Both the position numbers and the translations under genes were made by a program. A stretch of DNA of 64,000 nt, taken from NCBI RefSeq assembly GCF_021869535.1, contig NW_026262712.1:76198001-76262000 (forward strand), given 5' to 3'. This DNA comes from Mytilus californianus (lineage: Eukaryota). Shown in pieces: positions 24,501-36,100 of the stretch. The notes under the pieces were generated by a model that was not told the DNA's origin, made no database searches, and was given only the letters and a program-made list of their open reading frames with translations. Each line of letters opens with the position of its first letter. The first letter of the stretch is position 1.

Positions 24501-27500
24501 GTTTTAAGTTTTTACAAGCGCAACATTTGCTCTACCATGTTTCATGTTTATCATTCAAAAGATAAAAGAATTCAACATGTTTATACATGTTCATTGTTCT
24601 GATATAATGTATTCAATACTTTATGCTGTTCAGCACATGCTTTATGCTCTCATAGGTTCAAATACTAGGTCACGCATTAAGGTCAAACGTTTAAGGTTTA
24701 GTCCGCATCTTGCTCATATATTTGAATGCTAATTAAGCTTTTATTTATTAGAAATATCATAAGCATACGTGTTCGTCATTTAATATGCATATGTTCATGC
24801 ATTTACGTAAAGTTTGTTTAGTTCAATACTCAAAATATTAATTGATCATTTATGCTGGAAAATTATATGAATTATATGTTTCGTATTAGCGCCACACGTG
24901 TTTTTTTTTTTTATATTTCTTCCTATGTTTGCGTTTAACGCAAACCTTTTGCGTTATAACGCAAACCTTTGCGAAATAACGCAAACCTTTGCGATATAAC
25001 GCAAACCTTTGCGAAATAACGCAAACATTTGTTTTATTTTATTTCTTATTTAAGTTTCAAAGGAAGCAGTAAATGGAGGAGGCTGCATATATTAAAATTT
25101 ATCACCCTTTGTACTCATTGCAATGTAAAATGCTTGAGTGTTTAGCACACATCATGGGATAATGATGAGCCGGATAATACATGTATATATATTACAAAGA
25201 AAATTGAGTAAATTGAAGTTATACCGAAGAAAAGGTTGGTTAGATTCAAACAAGCTACCCTTTTTCCATAAATGTTTAAGATGAAGAGGTTATTTTATTA
25301 TAATTATGTTCTCTACATTCAAATTGCTACCCAAGCATCTTAATAAGCTACCTCACTAGATTGAAATTAAAATTCAATGACTTTTTTTAAAGAATCTTTA
25401 TCATATTCTGAGATTTCAACAAACGATTTCTTACATCAAAATTTAAAAAGAATGTTTTTTTCTGAATAATAAATTTTAAAGCAGAAAGATCATTTTGTCT
25501 ATTTGACTTATAGTTTCACAATTGTATGACATTATGTTTGCTCTTATCTAGTTTACCACTTTCCGTTATTCAAAATTTTCAAAATCTTGGCCTTTCAATT
25601 AAAATTTGCCTATACAATATCTATTTACTTGTTAAATTTATATAATCTTCTGATGCATAAACCATTTATTAATTTGTGTATAATTGCACTTCAAGTATTC
25701 CTTTATTTCTATGCATATTTATTATAATGATTTGGCCTTGTGTTCATGGTTCTTCTCTTAACTAAATCACAACCTAAATTTGATGATAGACGGATATGCA
25801 AATGCCGACATTTACAAAACACTGCTTTCAAATTATATAATAAACATAAAATGTAAATTTAATATTATATATAGTTTTTTATTATTAAATATTCAAAACT
25901 TAATGAATAATTAAAATCAGAATGTTTGCGTTATTTCGCAAAGGTTTGCGTTATAACGCAAAAGGTTTGCGTTACAACGCAAATGTTTGCGTTATAACCC
26001 AAACATAGGAAGAAATATAAATAAAAAAAAACGTGTGGCGCTAATACGCTTCCGTTTGTTTCTATTATTTCCCTTATATACTTTTATATTGTTATTAATT
26101 GTATATGACTTTCATAATTATGCGCTTTTGAAGAAAGAAGATCGTAAAAACCATTTCACTGTGTTTGTTATAACTGTTTCAGGCCCTTGCTCATCCCCCT
26201 TTGTCCGCAAGGTGGGCTTTAAATTTGGTTAAGTCCAATCATAGCAGTCAAACGACAGTTCATCTAACACTGCAAATCAACTCTGATAATAAGCCGACAA
26301 TAAACTCATTCCGGATCTACCGTGTCATTAAATAAATGTAAGCTGGAAAATATAAAGTTTTTCTGCGTCATTAGTATAAGTCTGAAAAGCACCTGTAACA
26401 GTTGTAACAATATTGTGAAAAGCAAAAAAAAAAAAGTGATTTCCGCTTCGATTCTTTAATAAAAATATTACTACTCTATCTAAACCGCAAACATCTTGAA
26501 TAATCAATTTTTGTGATGCCGACAGCCTAAAGTTTGAAAATGTAAGCTATCCAGTCCTATTGATATACATATAAAGATATGTGGTATGATTGCAAACTAT
26601 TTACTAAATACCTAATGACCAGGATATAAACAAATACAGATCACAGTAAGACCTTCAAAAATGCGCAAAACACATACCGTCTGGAAAACTCGAAAATAAA
26701 TTGTTCAATAAAACATAAGACTGTTTCATAATCCTTTTACATGTTTTAATATGAAACTCGTGATCATGATGTAGAACTTTTACTTCCAGAGCAATGATCA
26801 ATTATACATTTCGGATCTGCTTACCCTTCCGGAGCACCTCAGATCATCCCCGGTTTTTGGTGGGTTCGTGTTGCTTAGTCTTTAGTTTTCTATGTTGTGT
26901 TTTGTATGCTGTTTTTCATTTTTGCCATTACATTGTCGTTCTTTTTTCGACTTATGATTTTGATTATCCCTTGGTATCTTTCGCCTCTATTTTGAAAAAA
27001 TATATATATATAAATAACACATACTTACAGTAGGATAGAGAATGAAAACGGGGAATGTGTCAAAGAGACAACAACCCGACCAAAGGCCAAAAAAAATAGC
27101 CCAAAGCCACCAATGGGTCTTCAACGCAGCGAGAAAATCCAGCACCCGGAGGCGGGCTTCAGATGCCCCCTTAACAATAATGAATACTTGTTCAGCGAAA
27201 TGGACGCCACGCTAAACAGACATGTTTTTCATTTAAAATTGCGATTAGTCCAGAAACATGAGGTCAAAATGTTAATCATTTGAAATTTCTTGTTCACCAG
27301 ATTCATTTTTCTACAAGAAATCAGTTAACTTTGGTATGTACGGTAAAAAGGTCACGATGACAAAATAAAAGGATCGCCGTGAATACTAATATACTATGCA
27401 AGCAGTACAAATAATTTTGTATATGCTAAAATAAGAAGATATGGTATGATTGCCAATGAGACAACTCTCCAACAGAGACCAAATGACGTAGAAGTTAACA

Positions 27501-28823
27501 ACTATAGGTTACCGTGTGGCCTTCAACAATGAGCAAAACCCATACCGCATAGTACTATAAACGGACCCATGAAAGTTTCATCCTACCATTCGTTGCCTGA
27601 CGATGGACACACTTGTCATTAGCGTGGCATTCCGACACTGGACATATATGTCCTTAGCGCGGACAAACAAAGGGGTTAATTAAACAATGCTTTGGTTTTT
27701 TTTAAATCTTGATGTATACATGGGATCAACGAAAAAAAAGAGCGCCCGGTTGTACGCTGTTAATTTCAAATGACGTTATACATTCCGATTCAAATTAAAA
27801 CAGTCAACAATGTTTTGTGGAATTTTGATTTGAGATACGTAAAGCATTAAAATGCAATTATCTCCATTCAATCAAGACGTTGAAACATTTCTCTGATTGC
27901 AATTTTTCGTTATATTTATAACTGTTTGGCTGTTTGGTTCGTTAACTTTTCTTACCAGCCAAAATATAACAGAAAGGTTCACATTATAATCCGCGGCTGA
28001 TATTTGATGACATATTTGATGACATATTTGATGACATATTTGATGACATATTTGATGACATATTTGATGACATATTTGATGACAGCAATGTGCTATTATA
28101 TATACGTTTTTAATCTCAATTAAAGACTTTAATTGTATAATATCCAGTGTCCATTTGAAAAGTTTGAAATAAAATGTCGAAGATGGATTGATAATTCCGT
28201 ATTCAACAATCATGCGGAAGACACTACTATTCAATAAAAAAACCTTATAATATAAAGATAAAGAGATGTGGTATGAATACCAATGAGACAACTATCCATC
28301 AAAGTCAAAATGATGTGGATGTTAGCAACTATAGGTTAATGTACGGCCTTCAACAATGAGCATAACCCATACTGTATAGTTGTCTATAAAAGGCCACGAT
28401 ATGACACAATGTGATACAATTCAAACGAGAAAACCAACGGCCTGATTTATGAAACACAACAAAACGAAACATTAATGACAGAAAATAATCAACAACAACC
28501 ATTCAATTACATGCTCCTGACTTATGATAGATATAAGAAGATGTGGTATGAGTGCCAATGAGACAACTCTCCATCCAAGTCAAAATTTATAAAAGTAAAC
28601 CATTATAGGTCAAAGTACGGTCTTCAACACGGAGACTTGGACAGGCCCATAAATAGTACTTGTATAAGCCTATAAATTATACAATTGAATATAAATTGTT
28701 CTATATGCAAAGTCTACCAAATATATAAAACTAAATGACAGTCTTACCTGATGCTTTGGCAAATTCCTCATAATTTGTGTACGAATCTCCGTCTCCGGTC
28801 CATTTTCCTATGAACTGAGTCAT
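21465..28823 (-). CDS. FABP: FABP/iLBP-like gene, copy A, 139 aa: join(28823..28748,23708..23533,22217..22104,21518..21465)
   Basis: MTQFIGKWTGDGDSYTNYEEFAKASGVSEDLIEKFRNAKSTLEFKQDGEYWMCDASSDVTPSKCYKFKSGEEVTTTGPFGKGLKFTITIDSDSKMTMKEQSELMGWKTVKVMREIKGDKLITTMELENGIQMTAEMTRC*. All introns GT-AG; FABP-typical length and intron positions. Confidence 0.92.
22104..22217 (-). CDS. FABP: FABP copy A exon 3
   Basis: gtttag|TTTACAATA...ATTACT|gtaagt; overlaps listed ORF 21999..22187. Confidence 0.93.
22671..23094. repeat. 31-bp minisatellite (~14 units) in intron 2 of FABP A
   Basis: ttgggacatgcacattgacaaggttgctaac. Confidence 0.95.
23533..23708 (-). CDS. FABP: FABP copy A exon 2
   Basis: cattgtag|GTGTCTCT...CTTAAG|gtaaat; overlaps listed ORF 23446..23631. 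Confidence 0.93.
24882..26055. mobile_element. Foldback-type non-autonomous DNA element in intron 1 of FABP A
   Basis: Inverted arms ~24882-25030 and ~25922-26055 with 20-bp palindromic subrepeats (tttgcgttataacgcaaacc); right end ctaatacgcttccgt, left tip missing. Confidence 0.8.
27187..27560. repeat. Chimeric segment also present at 43007-43390
   Basis: cttgttcagcgaaatggacgccacgctaaacagacatg...gcaagcagtacaa...aaaataagaagat; high identity at offset 15820. Confidence 0.9.
28001..28084. repeat. Perfect 12-bp tandem repeat x7 in intron 1 of FABP A
   Basis: (tatttgatgaca)7. Confidence 0.95.
28748..28823 (-). CDS. FABP: FABP copy A exon 1
   Basis: ATGACTCAGTTCATAGGAAAATGG...GCATCAG|gtaaga. Confidence 0.93.
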
Positions 28824-28959
28824 AATTCGATCAAACGAAAAGGTAGGAGATTGCGATTTATAAATTAATGATATTAAAACCAGTATTCTCTTTGTTATAT
28901 GCACTGCAACCAATATGCTTGAAGCGAATAGAAATGTAACTCATTATTGAATGTAAATA

Positions 28960-28967
28960 TTTATATA
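28960..28967 (-). promoter_or_regulatory. Candidate TATA box (TATATAAA) of FABP A
   Basis: Consensus on the coding strand next to the conserved block; a second candidate TATAAA lies at 28857-28862. Confidence 0.35.
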
Positions 28968-29219
28968 GCTGATTGGATGTTATAATATTCCATAGTTATT
29001 GATCTTGTCTGCTACTTATATTATTTTCTTCCTTTTCTCTGTTATTAATTAACTTCTTTTTCTTTCAAAAGGTTGAATATTACATTTTAATTAAACAAAC
29101 ACATTATTATTGTCTTGTTACTTTCTTGAAGTTAATATTTTAATAGTGGTTTTTGCCTTAAGTATCTTAAAGTTTGATTTACGTGATTATCCCTTTGAAG
29201 AAGGTAAAAATGTTATAAG

Positions 29220-29221
<2 letters not shown>

Positions 29222-29265
<44 letters not shown>
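29222..29265. repeat. (TC)n microsatellite, ~22 units, ~400 bp upstream of FABP A
   Basis: Directly visible. Confidence 0.95.
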
Positions 29266-29268
<3 letters not shown>

Positions 29269-29520
29269 CTGTTCATATCCTCCTACTTACTTTCTTGTTG
29301 TAGATTTTTAGCTTAACTTCATGTTAAAACTGTGCATGGTAACAAAAGTTTTTTATTATTATTTATTGTTTCCAAGTTAGACGTTTCAAACAAAGTAAAA
29401 ACCGTCCCACGTTTAAACATCACAATTTACATACTTAATGAACGAATGAGATACCGACTTAATGTTGAATAAATGCAGGTCAAAAACAAGGTTGAATAAC
29501 GGAGTTATATTTGCAGCACC

Positions 29521-30938
29521 TTACGGAAGCGTATTAGGGCCATCCTTTTTCACTTTTTTTTTCAAATTGTCGACTTTAATCTTGGAATTATCAACTTTAA
29601 TCTTGGAATTTCCAACTTTAATCTTGGGATTATAAACTTTAATCTTGGAAAATTCCAACTTTAATCTTGGAAATTCCAACTTTAATCTTGGAATTATCAA
29701 CTTTAATCTTGGAAATTCCAACTTTAATCTTGGAATTATCAACTTTAATCTTGGAAATGACTGATATTTTACTTCTAGCCAATAGTTTATTGTGTTTCTA
29801 AATATATACTTAATCTACTTATAATTATTTTCGCGGCTAAAATTTTTTGTAAAATGTAAAAGAAAAAAAAGACGTGTATCTAAAGTCTTGTATAGCTCAA
29901 CGTAGCCTAATATCCATGAAACTTCTTATTAATGTGTATACGTGGTATGCCAAAAATATGGGTCATGTTTTTGCGAGATTTTATATTACGTCACTTTTTA
30001 ATGACATTCTATATTGATATGCATTGTTTTTTCATAACTTTATATAGATTTGGGGTATGTTCTACATATCTTATATAAATATGTTATTGGAAATCTTATT
30101 TATGGCTAATTGTGTTATTTGAATCAATCAGGGACTTTACATAAATATAAAGTCCCCGAATCTATGCATTTAAAAAATAAAATATTGTATATAAGTAAAG
30201 GTCATTCTTTGTATATTTATGTATAAATGTATGTACCAAATATAAGTGAATGTTATATAAAAATGGATACATTTTTTTAAGTCAAAATAAGCACACCCTT
30301 ACCAAAAAAAATCGAAGTTACCCTCTCCCCCACCCCCTTTTCCCTGTGTTAATGTCAAAATTTAAATATCCATTTGTAATTATGTATGCAGTACATGCAG
30401 TTATTATATCATATTGATGAATAGGCGGATGTGCATCGATATTTACAATCGCAATCACCAACAAAAAGTAAAGTAAAGCACATCAAACTGAAGTGCACTG
30501 TTTGGCCGAGGCGAGAGTCCAGCGAGCCAGAAGTCACGATGTTCTCAATTCAGAGTGTCACTAGGTTAATGAAAGTCAAAACAAATCAGTGTCGCACTAA
30601 TGAGGGTCGGAAGATTAAAGTTGGAATTTTCAAGTTTAATGTTGATAATTCCAAGATCAATGTTGATAATTCCAAGATTAAAGTTGGATTTTCCAAAATT
30701 AAAGTTGGAAATTCCAAAATTAAAGTTGGAATTTCCAAGATTAAAATTGATAATTTCAAGATTAAAGTTGATAATTCCAAGATTAAAGTTGATAATTCCA
30801 AGATTAAAGTTGATAATTCCAGATTAATGTTGATAAATCCAAGATTAAAGTTGATAATTCCAAGATTAAAGTTGATAATTCCAATATTAAAGTCGACAAT
30901 TTGAAAAAAAAAAGGATGGCCCTAATACGCTTCCGTAA
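29521..30938. mobile_element. Foldback-type non-autonomous DNA element ~700 bp upstream of FABP A
   Basis: Termini ttacggaagcgtattagggccatcc / ggatggccctaatacgcttccgtaa; arms contain ~9 and ~14 copies of the 21-mer aactttaatcttggaattatc. Confidence 0.88.
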
Positions 30939-32185
30939 TACCTAATGTGTTAGGGATTATCATATAATCTTGAGTTATAAATGGTTTATTTAGTTCTTAT
31001 GGTGGGTTAGTGGGTAAAAAACAATATGTTTTGTTTTTTCTAATGTCTCTACACGAAATTTTTATTCAGCAAAAACTAATTTGAAACTCTTAGTGAAGAA
31101 TGAGTGGCATTTGCCAATTTACTAACATTGGAAAAAAACACTGACATTTTCGAATATTTTATATTTGATGAAATACGTTTCCTCTTTCTACCACATAATT
31201 TCTATAGATTTCAGAAGGAATAAACAATAAAAGACTCCTACGTTGTATTCAGACATCTCTTAAATTGATGTGAGCCAGTGCATTATTTAAACGATCATAA
31301 CGATACGTCAAAGCTATTTTCGAGCCGATCAATAACTTCAATTAGTGAAAGATATATTTGAATATACGATGACGAATGACATTTTATAATATTCTGTTGT
31401 AACGTTATAGTATATGAATGATAATAGGACGACGTACTAAGTAATCCTAGTTCAACAGACAATTAACCCCGCTCAATTCGAACTGCTTTTAAAAGGATTT
31501 TTTAATAGTAAAGAAGCTTCAGAAACATAGATGATGTATACCAATTTTATTAACGATAAGTAGAAGTCTATGGTAGGAGATGCTTCCGCTATCAATGATA
31601 CTGAACTCCTTCCATTTCGCTTCCGATTATTACAAATGTCTTTTATCATGTTTGTCTTGTTTTCCCTCAATTTATGATGCTTAAACAGAAACTGAAAGTC
31701 GTTTATACCAAATTCATATTAAGAAATAGCATGTGTCTTATTTTTATCTATTTGTTACATTATAGGATCTAAGAATTCACCATTAAGTCTATTTCCTACC
31801 AACAGAAGCAATTGACAGTTGAATGCGCACGTGGAACACAAACAGGTACATGTTTGTTTAGTAACATCAACAAGAAAATAAAATATGTCCCTTTTCATTT
31901 TCTTATATTAATTTTCTCTTGGTGGATTGGTGGATTATTATTTTTTTAATTTGGAAAATCTATAATTATCTAGTAAATGAGATATTATTATTAGTAATAT
32001 TGATTTGATACAACAATGCTGAAGTATTGAAATGGTTTTATAGATCGGTGATATTTTCACGTTTCCATACGGATTTCTAGCTGTCAGTCGGCCTTATGTT
32101 CATTCTATTATGGAAAAGGCGGATCGTTTCATTACAATTCTTTTTGCAAAAAGAATGTAATATATCTTAAAAGTTTCAATCATTA

Positions 32186-32202
32186 GGGAGCTACCATTTG
32201 AT

Positions 32203-32243
<41 letters not shown>

Positions 32244-32455
32244 CTAGGATGAAATTTGAAAATAGGCAGCACAGGAGTTTTGAGTAAAGAAAAAAGGCAG
32301 GATGAGCAACTTGGCAAAAAAAAAGGCAGGATGACAAATTATGTAAAAAAAGTAAGGATCAACTAATAAAAAAAAAAAAAGCAGGGCCGAATAAAGTGAA
32401 AAATAAAAAGGCAGGACCGAGATTACAACTACATAAAATTCAAATGGTAGCTCCC
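32186..32455. mobile_element. MITE, PIF/Harbinger- or Zator-like
   Basis: Perfect 16-bp TIR gggagctaccatttga, TTA TSD on both sides, internal poly-G and aaaggcaggat repeats. Confidence 0.85.
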
Positions 32456-32801
32456 TTAGTCCTTTCATTCCTTCATTCTATCTCATTTCTTCACTGCTCT
32501 CTGGTTTAATTTCACTGCTCTCTGGTTTAATTTCACTGCATGGTACGTGGATAGGAGCAAATATTTTGCAACAGGTCTCCTACAAACCTTTCAGAGAGGG
32601 CAAGGGTTCTTAACGTACGACACATAAATGAAGCATCGAATTTAACACCGTTCAGACCGCTGTGTACTTATACATCCCGCACAGCAAACGTTAACAGAAT
32701 TCCAACTTTAGCATGCACATGTTTTTATCGACATGATTGTTGCAAGAAGTAAACAATCTCAATTCAAATAGTTATCAAAGGTACCAGGCTTATAATTTAA
32801 T

Positions 32802-32845
32802 ACGCCAGACGCACGTTTCGTCTACGTAAGACTCATCAGTGACGC
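32802..32845 (-). ncRNA. Minimal type I hammerhead ribozyme motif, repeat ~32757-32897
   Basis: GCGUCA-CUGAUGA-GUCU(uacgu)AGAC-GAAA-C(gugc)GUC-UGGCGU. Confidence 0.85.
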
Positions 32846-32938
32846 TCAGATCAAAATAGTTAGAAAGCCAAACAAGTACAAAGTTGAAGAGCATTGAACG
32901 AGTAATAGAATGGTAACACTGTTTTTTAGATTCATTTG

Positions 32939-32944
32939 TTTATT
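32939..32944 (-). terminator. Poly(A) signal AATAAA of FABP copy B
   Basis: About 185 nt after the stop; same position in the alignable 3' UTR of copy C. Confidence 0.65.
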
Positions 32945-33129
32945 CAATTACTACATATTTGATCGAAGTTTGCATTTCTTATCGTACAAATGCATAGATT
33001 ACGATGGTTATAAACAACTACATTGGAAATATAGTGACATTTAACAGGACTGAAATAAACATTTATCAGAGGAAAAGTCACAACTACAGACAACGAAGAT
33101 CAGATAAGCTCATAAACATAGCTATTATC

Positions 33130-33183
33130 TCAACATTTTGTCATCTCAGCTGTCATTTCAGTTCCATTGTCAAGAACCATTGT
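33130..33183 (-). CDS. FABP: FABP copy B exon 4
   Basis: tttttcag|ACAATGGTT...AAATGTTGA; TMVLDNGTEMTAEMTKC*. Confidence 0.9.
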   Translation of the reverse strand, partial: TMVLDNGTEMTAEMTKC

Positions 33184-36100
33184 CTGAAAAAGAAAAAAAA
33201 AGAATTATTATCTAAGTATTTATCTATTGTTAGTAATATCACGAAAAAACACAATTTAGCTTAATATATCAACACACAACTGTTAGAAAATTATAATGTT
33301 GGTACATGCATATTTTTTCTACATAAACTATTATTATAAAAATGTTATAGGTCGTGACAATAGACTGAATGCCTTTGAACAATGTTTGGCCACTGAATTT
33401 TTCTTGTTTTTATATAAATATTACACCTTTCACAGGAGCGTGTGAGATATCAACTTACCTTCGGCTGTTTTCTGCTCTTTAGTCGGGTTGTTGTCTCTTT
33501 GACACATTCCTCATTTCCTTTCTCAATTTTATTAATAGCTCAACCCCTCTAATGGTCATTATTTTATACTGTTGTTGGGTTGCTTTCTAATTGACGTTTA
33601 CGCCAGTGCCCACATTCATTTTTTTTACATTATATCATTTATTAAAAGTATAATATAAGATACTGTACATTGATTAAAAAGCTCAGTGGAAAAGTTATAA
33701 TTATAGTAAAAAATGTGTATTATTATTATTGCGGAAGTTTACAGATTCGTGCATTACTACTGAAATGATATCACATGATATAACTGAGCAATATGAAAAT
33801 AAGAAGATGTGGTATGATTGCCAATGAGACAACTCTCCACCAGAGATAAAATGAAGTAGAAGGTTAGCAAATATAGGTCACCGTACGGACTTCAACAATC
33901 AGCAAAACCCACACCGCATAGCAAGCGACAAAAGGCCCGAAATTACAAAATTAACGTAAAACAATTCAAACGAGAAAACTAGCGGCCTAATTTACGTACA
34001 AATCAATAAACAAAAACAAAAAATGGTATAGCAACACACGACTCCACTGAATTACAGGCTCCTGACTTGGGACAGGCACATACAGAACATGGTGAGGGTG
34101 TTAAACATGTTTTCGGGCGCCCAACCTGGGACAGTGGTACAACAACACCAGAATAAACTTCAAAATAATAAACGAAAATAAAGTATGAAAACCAGTAACG
34201 TTACAAACGACAACTACTCAATTACAGGCTCCTGATTTGGGACAAGCACATATATGATATGGCCAGGTTAAACATGTTATGGGTGCACCAACCCACCTCC
34301 TACTCTGAGATAGTGGTTTAACAGTACAACATAAGAACAAACTATATTAATCAGTTAAAAATGGCCTAACTGATCAGATCGATACAAAGGACAAAAACAA
34401 CTAACAAAAACACAACAGACACATAGTACAGATCTGATAGTACTCACAGTTACTGAAGGATAGTTCAAAAACAACTAATAAACAATCATGTATCTTAGTA
34501 TAACATATCAGTACATTTAGTGTAAAGACGTCATTAACCGTCAAAGAAAAACATGACCTTGTGCAATGCCAAAACATGGGTATCTCTTTAAAAGATTAAC
34601 ATTCCATGTTATTCGACCCTCCAAGTTGCTGTTGATTTTAAAAAAAATCAAACTTGACATGTTTTGTCCTTTTCCGTTACAGAGTGCGTTACGATATACC
34701 AAGTCCTAAATTAATCATTTGCTTCTTAAAGAAAATACATGTGCTGTACTTTCGATATAATTTTTTTTAAAGTTGGAATGCGTTTGATTTTGATAAGTAA
34801 GCTTCTAATCCTATAAAAGCTATCAAAAACGGAGTTTTAACAAATATCAGCACAGTAACTTCACTTTTGAGCCATTAAAACATGTATGTGATCTCGGGTT
34901 TCTGTTCAATTGACGTATGGCGTACATTTTATTTCATTCATCTGATTTTATAGATGACGTAACAAAATAATGGTTTCGGTACCTCAAAGAATAAATTTAT
35001 ACTTAAGATATTGTAAATTTAGCTAAGATTCCCTTATTTCTTTTTAGATTATCTTGCTGTCAAATAAAATCATGTATATACATCGAAGATTTTCCTGTCT
35101 TTGTTTTATAGTAAAACGTGCAATATTTTAAAGTCAAGTTCGAACATATGCCTCATTTGTGTGCTCATAGATACTATGACGACAGTGGCGACCCACCGTC
35201 TTTGATTTGAAATGTTAATAAAAAAAAACTTATTTACGCAGTTCAGTAGAAAGTCCACAATTGATATCTATAAAGCTATGTTTTACATAACTCATGTTTT
35301 TTAGGATGTAGAAAAAGTACTATGAATTCCATTTTATAATTCAACGAAGTGATTCTCATAGTTACTTATGCATTGATGCTGAAAGGGAGCAAGATATCCA
35401 TACCTTATTTAAAAAAGAAGTAAAAAAGTTTTTTTAAGTCATCTGTTTTCCGAATATTATATTCAAACACTTTGTTTCTTCAGTGACTTACATTTACTAG
35501 AACACACCCGCGAAATCGCTGGCATTAAGAGCGTGGTTGAAAGTAAGTAAACTGTTGTAGGATGATTTTTTGTAAAAGATTTTATGACTGGAGAATTTCA
35601 GGAAAGGTATCAAAATTATCTTAAACATGAACTGATGTCAATATAACATTTTGAATTTTTCACCAGTTCAAAATATTGGATGTAAATCTAAAGAATGTCA
35701 ACGCAAAGGTCAACTATTTGTAGTAACATGAACGCACAATTTTTAGGGGGCGAGTTGCCTTGTAACCATGCTTTTTGTTTCGTTGTGCAGAAGACAGAAT
35801 AAGCGATATGTGAACCTTTTCAATTTCATTCACTCGAAACGGATTCCACTAATGAAATCAGATTATTATGTGATATTTACAAATACGATTGGAATTTTGA
35901 ATAGAGCAATAATAAGATACTCAATAAACAATGCGATTTGTGCACAAAACTTTCATATTTTTACTGAAATCTGGAAATGGCGTCAGACTTAATAAGGTGT
36001 TGACTTTTAATAAAGCAAATTAATTATAATATGGGGAGCTTATTACGTCATATGAATAGAGCCATAATAAAATACTCAATAAACCACAACCACTGTAAAT

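Noticed and set aside
27872-28291. 139-aa ORF with CHQI repeats
   Set aside because: Made of the 12-bp tandem repeat plus a family A fragment inside intron 1 of FABP A.
29521-30904. ORFs 29521..29742, 30431..30904, 30586..30801, 30600..30827 with heptad repeats
   Set aside because: Translations of the 21-bp foldback arrays, not proteins.
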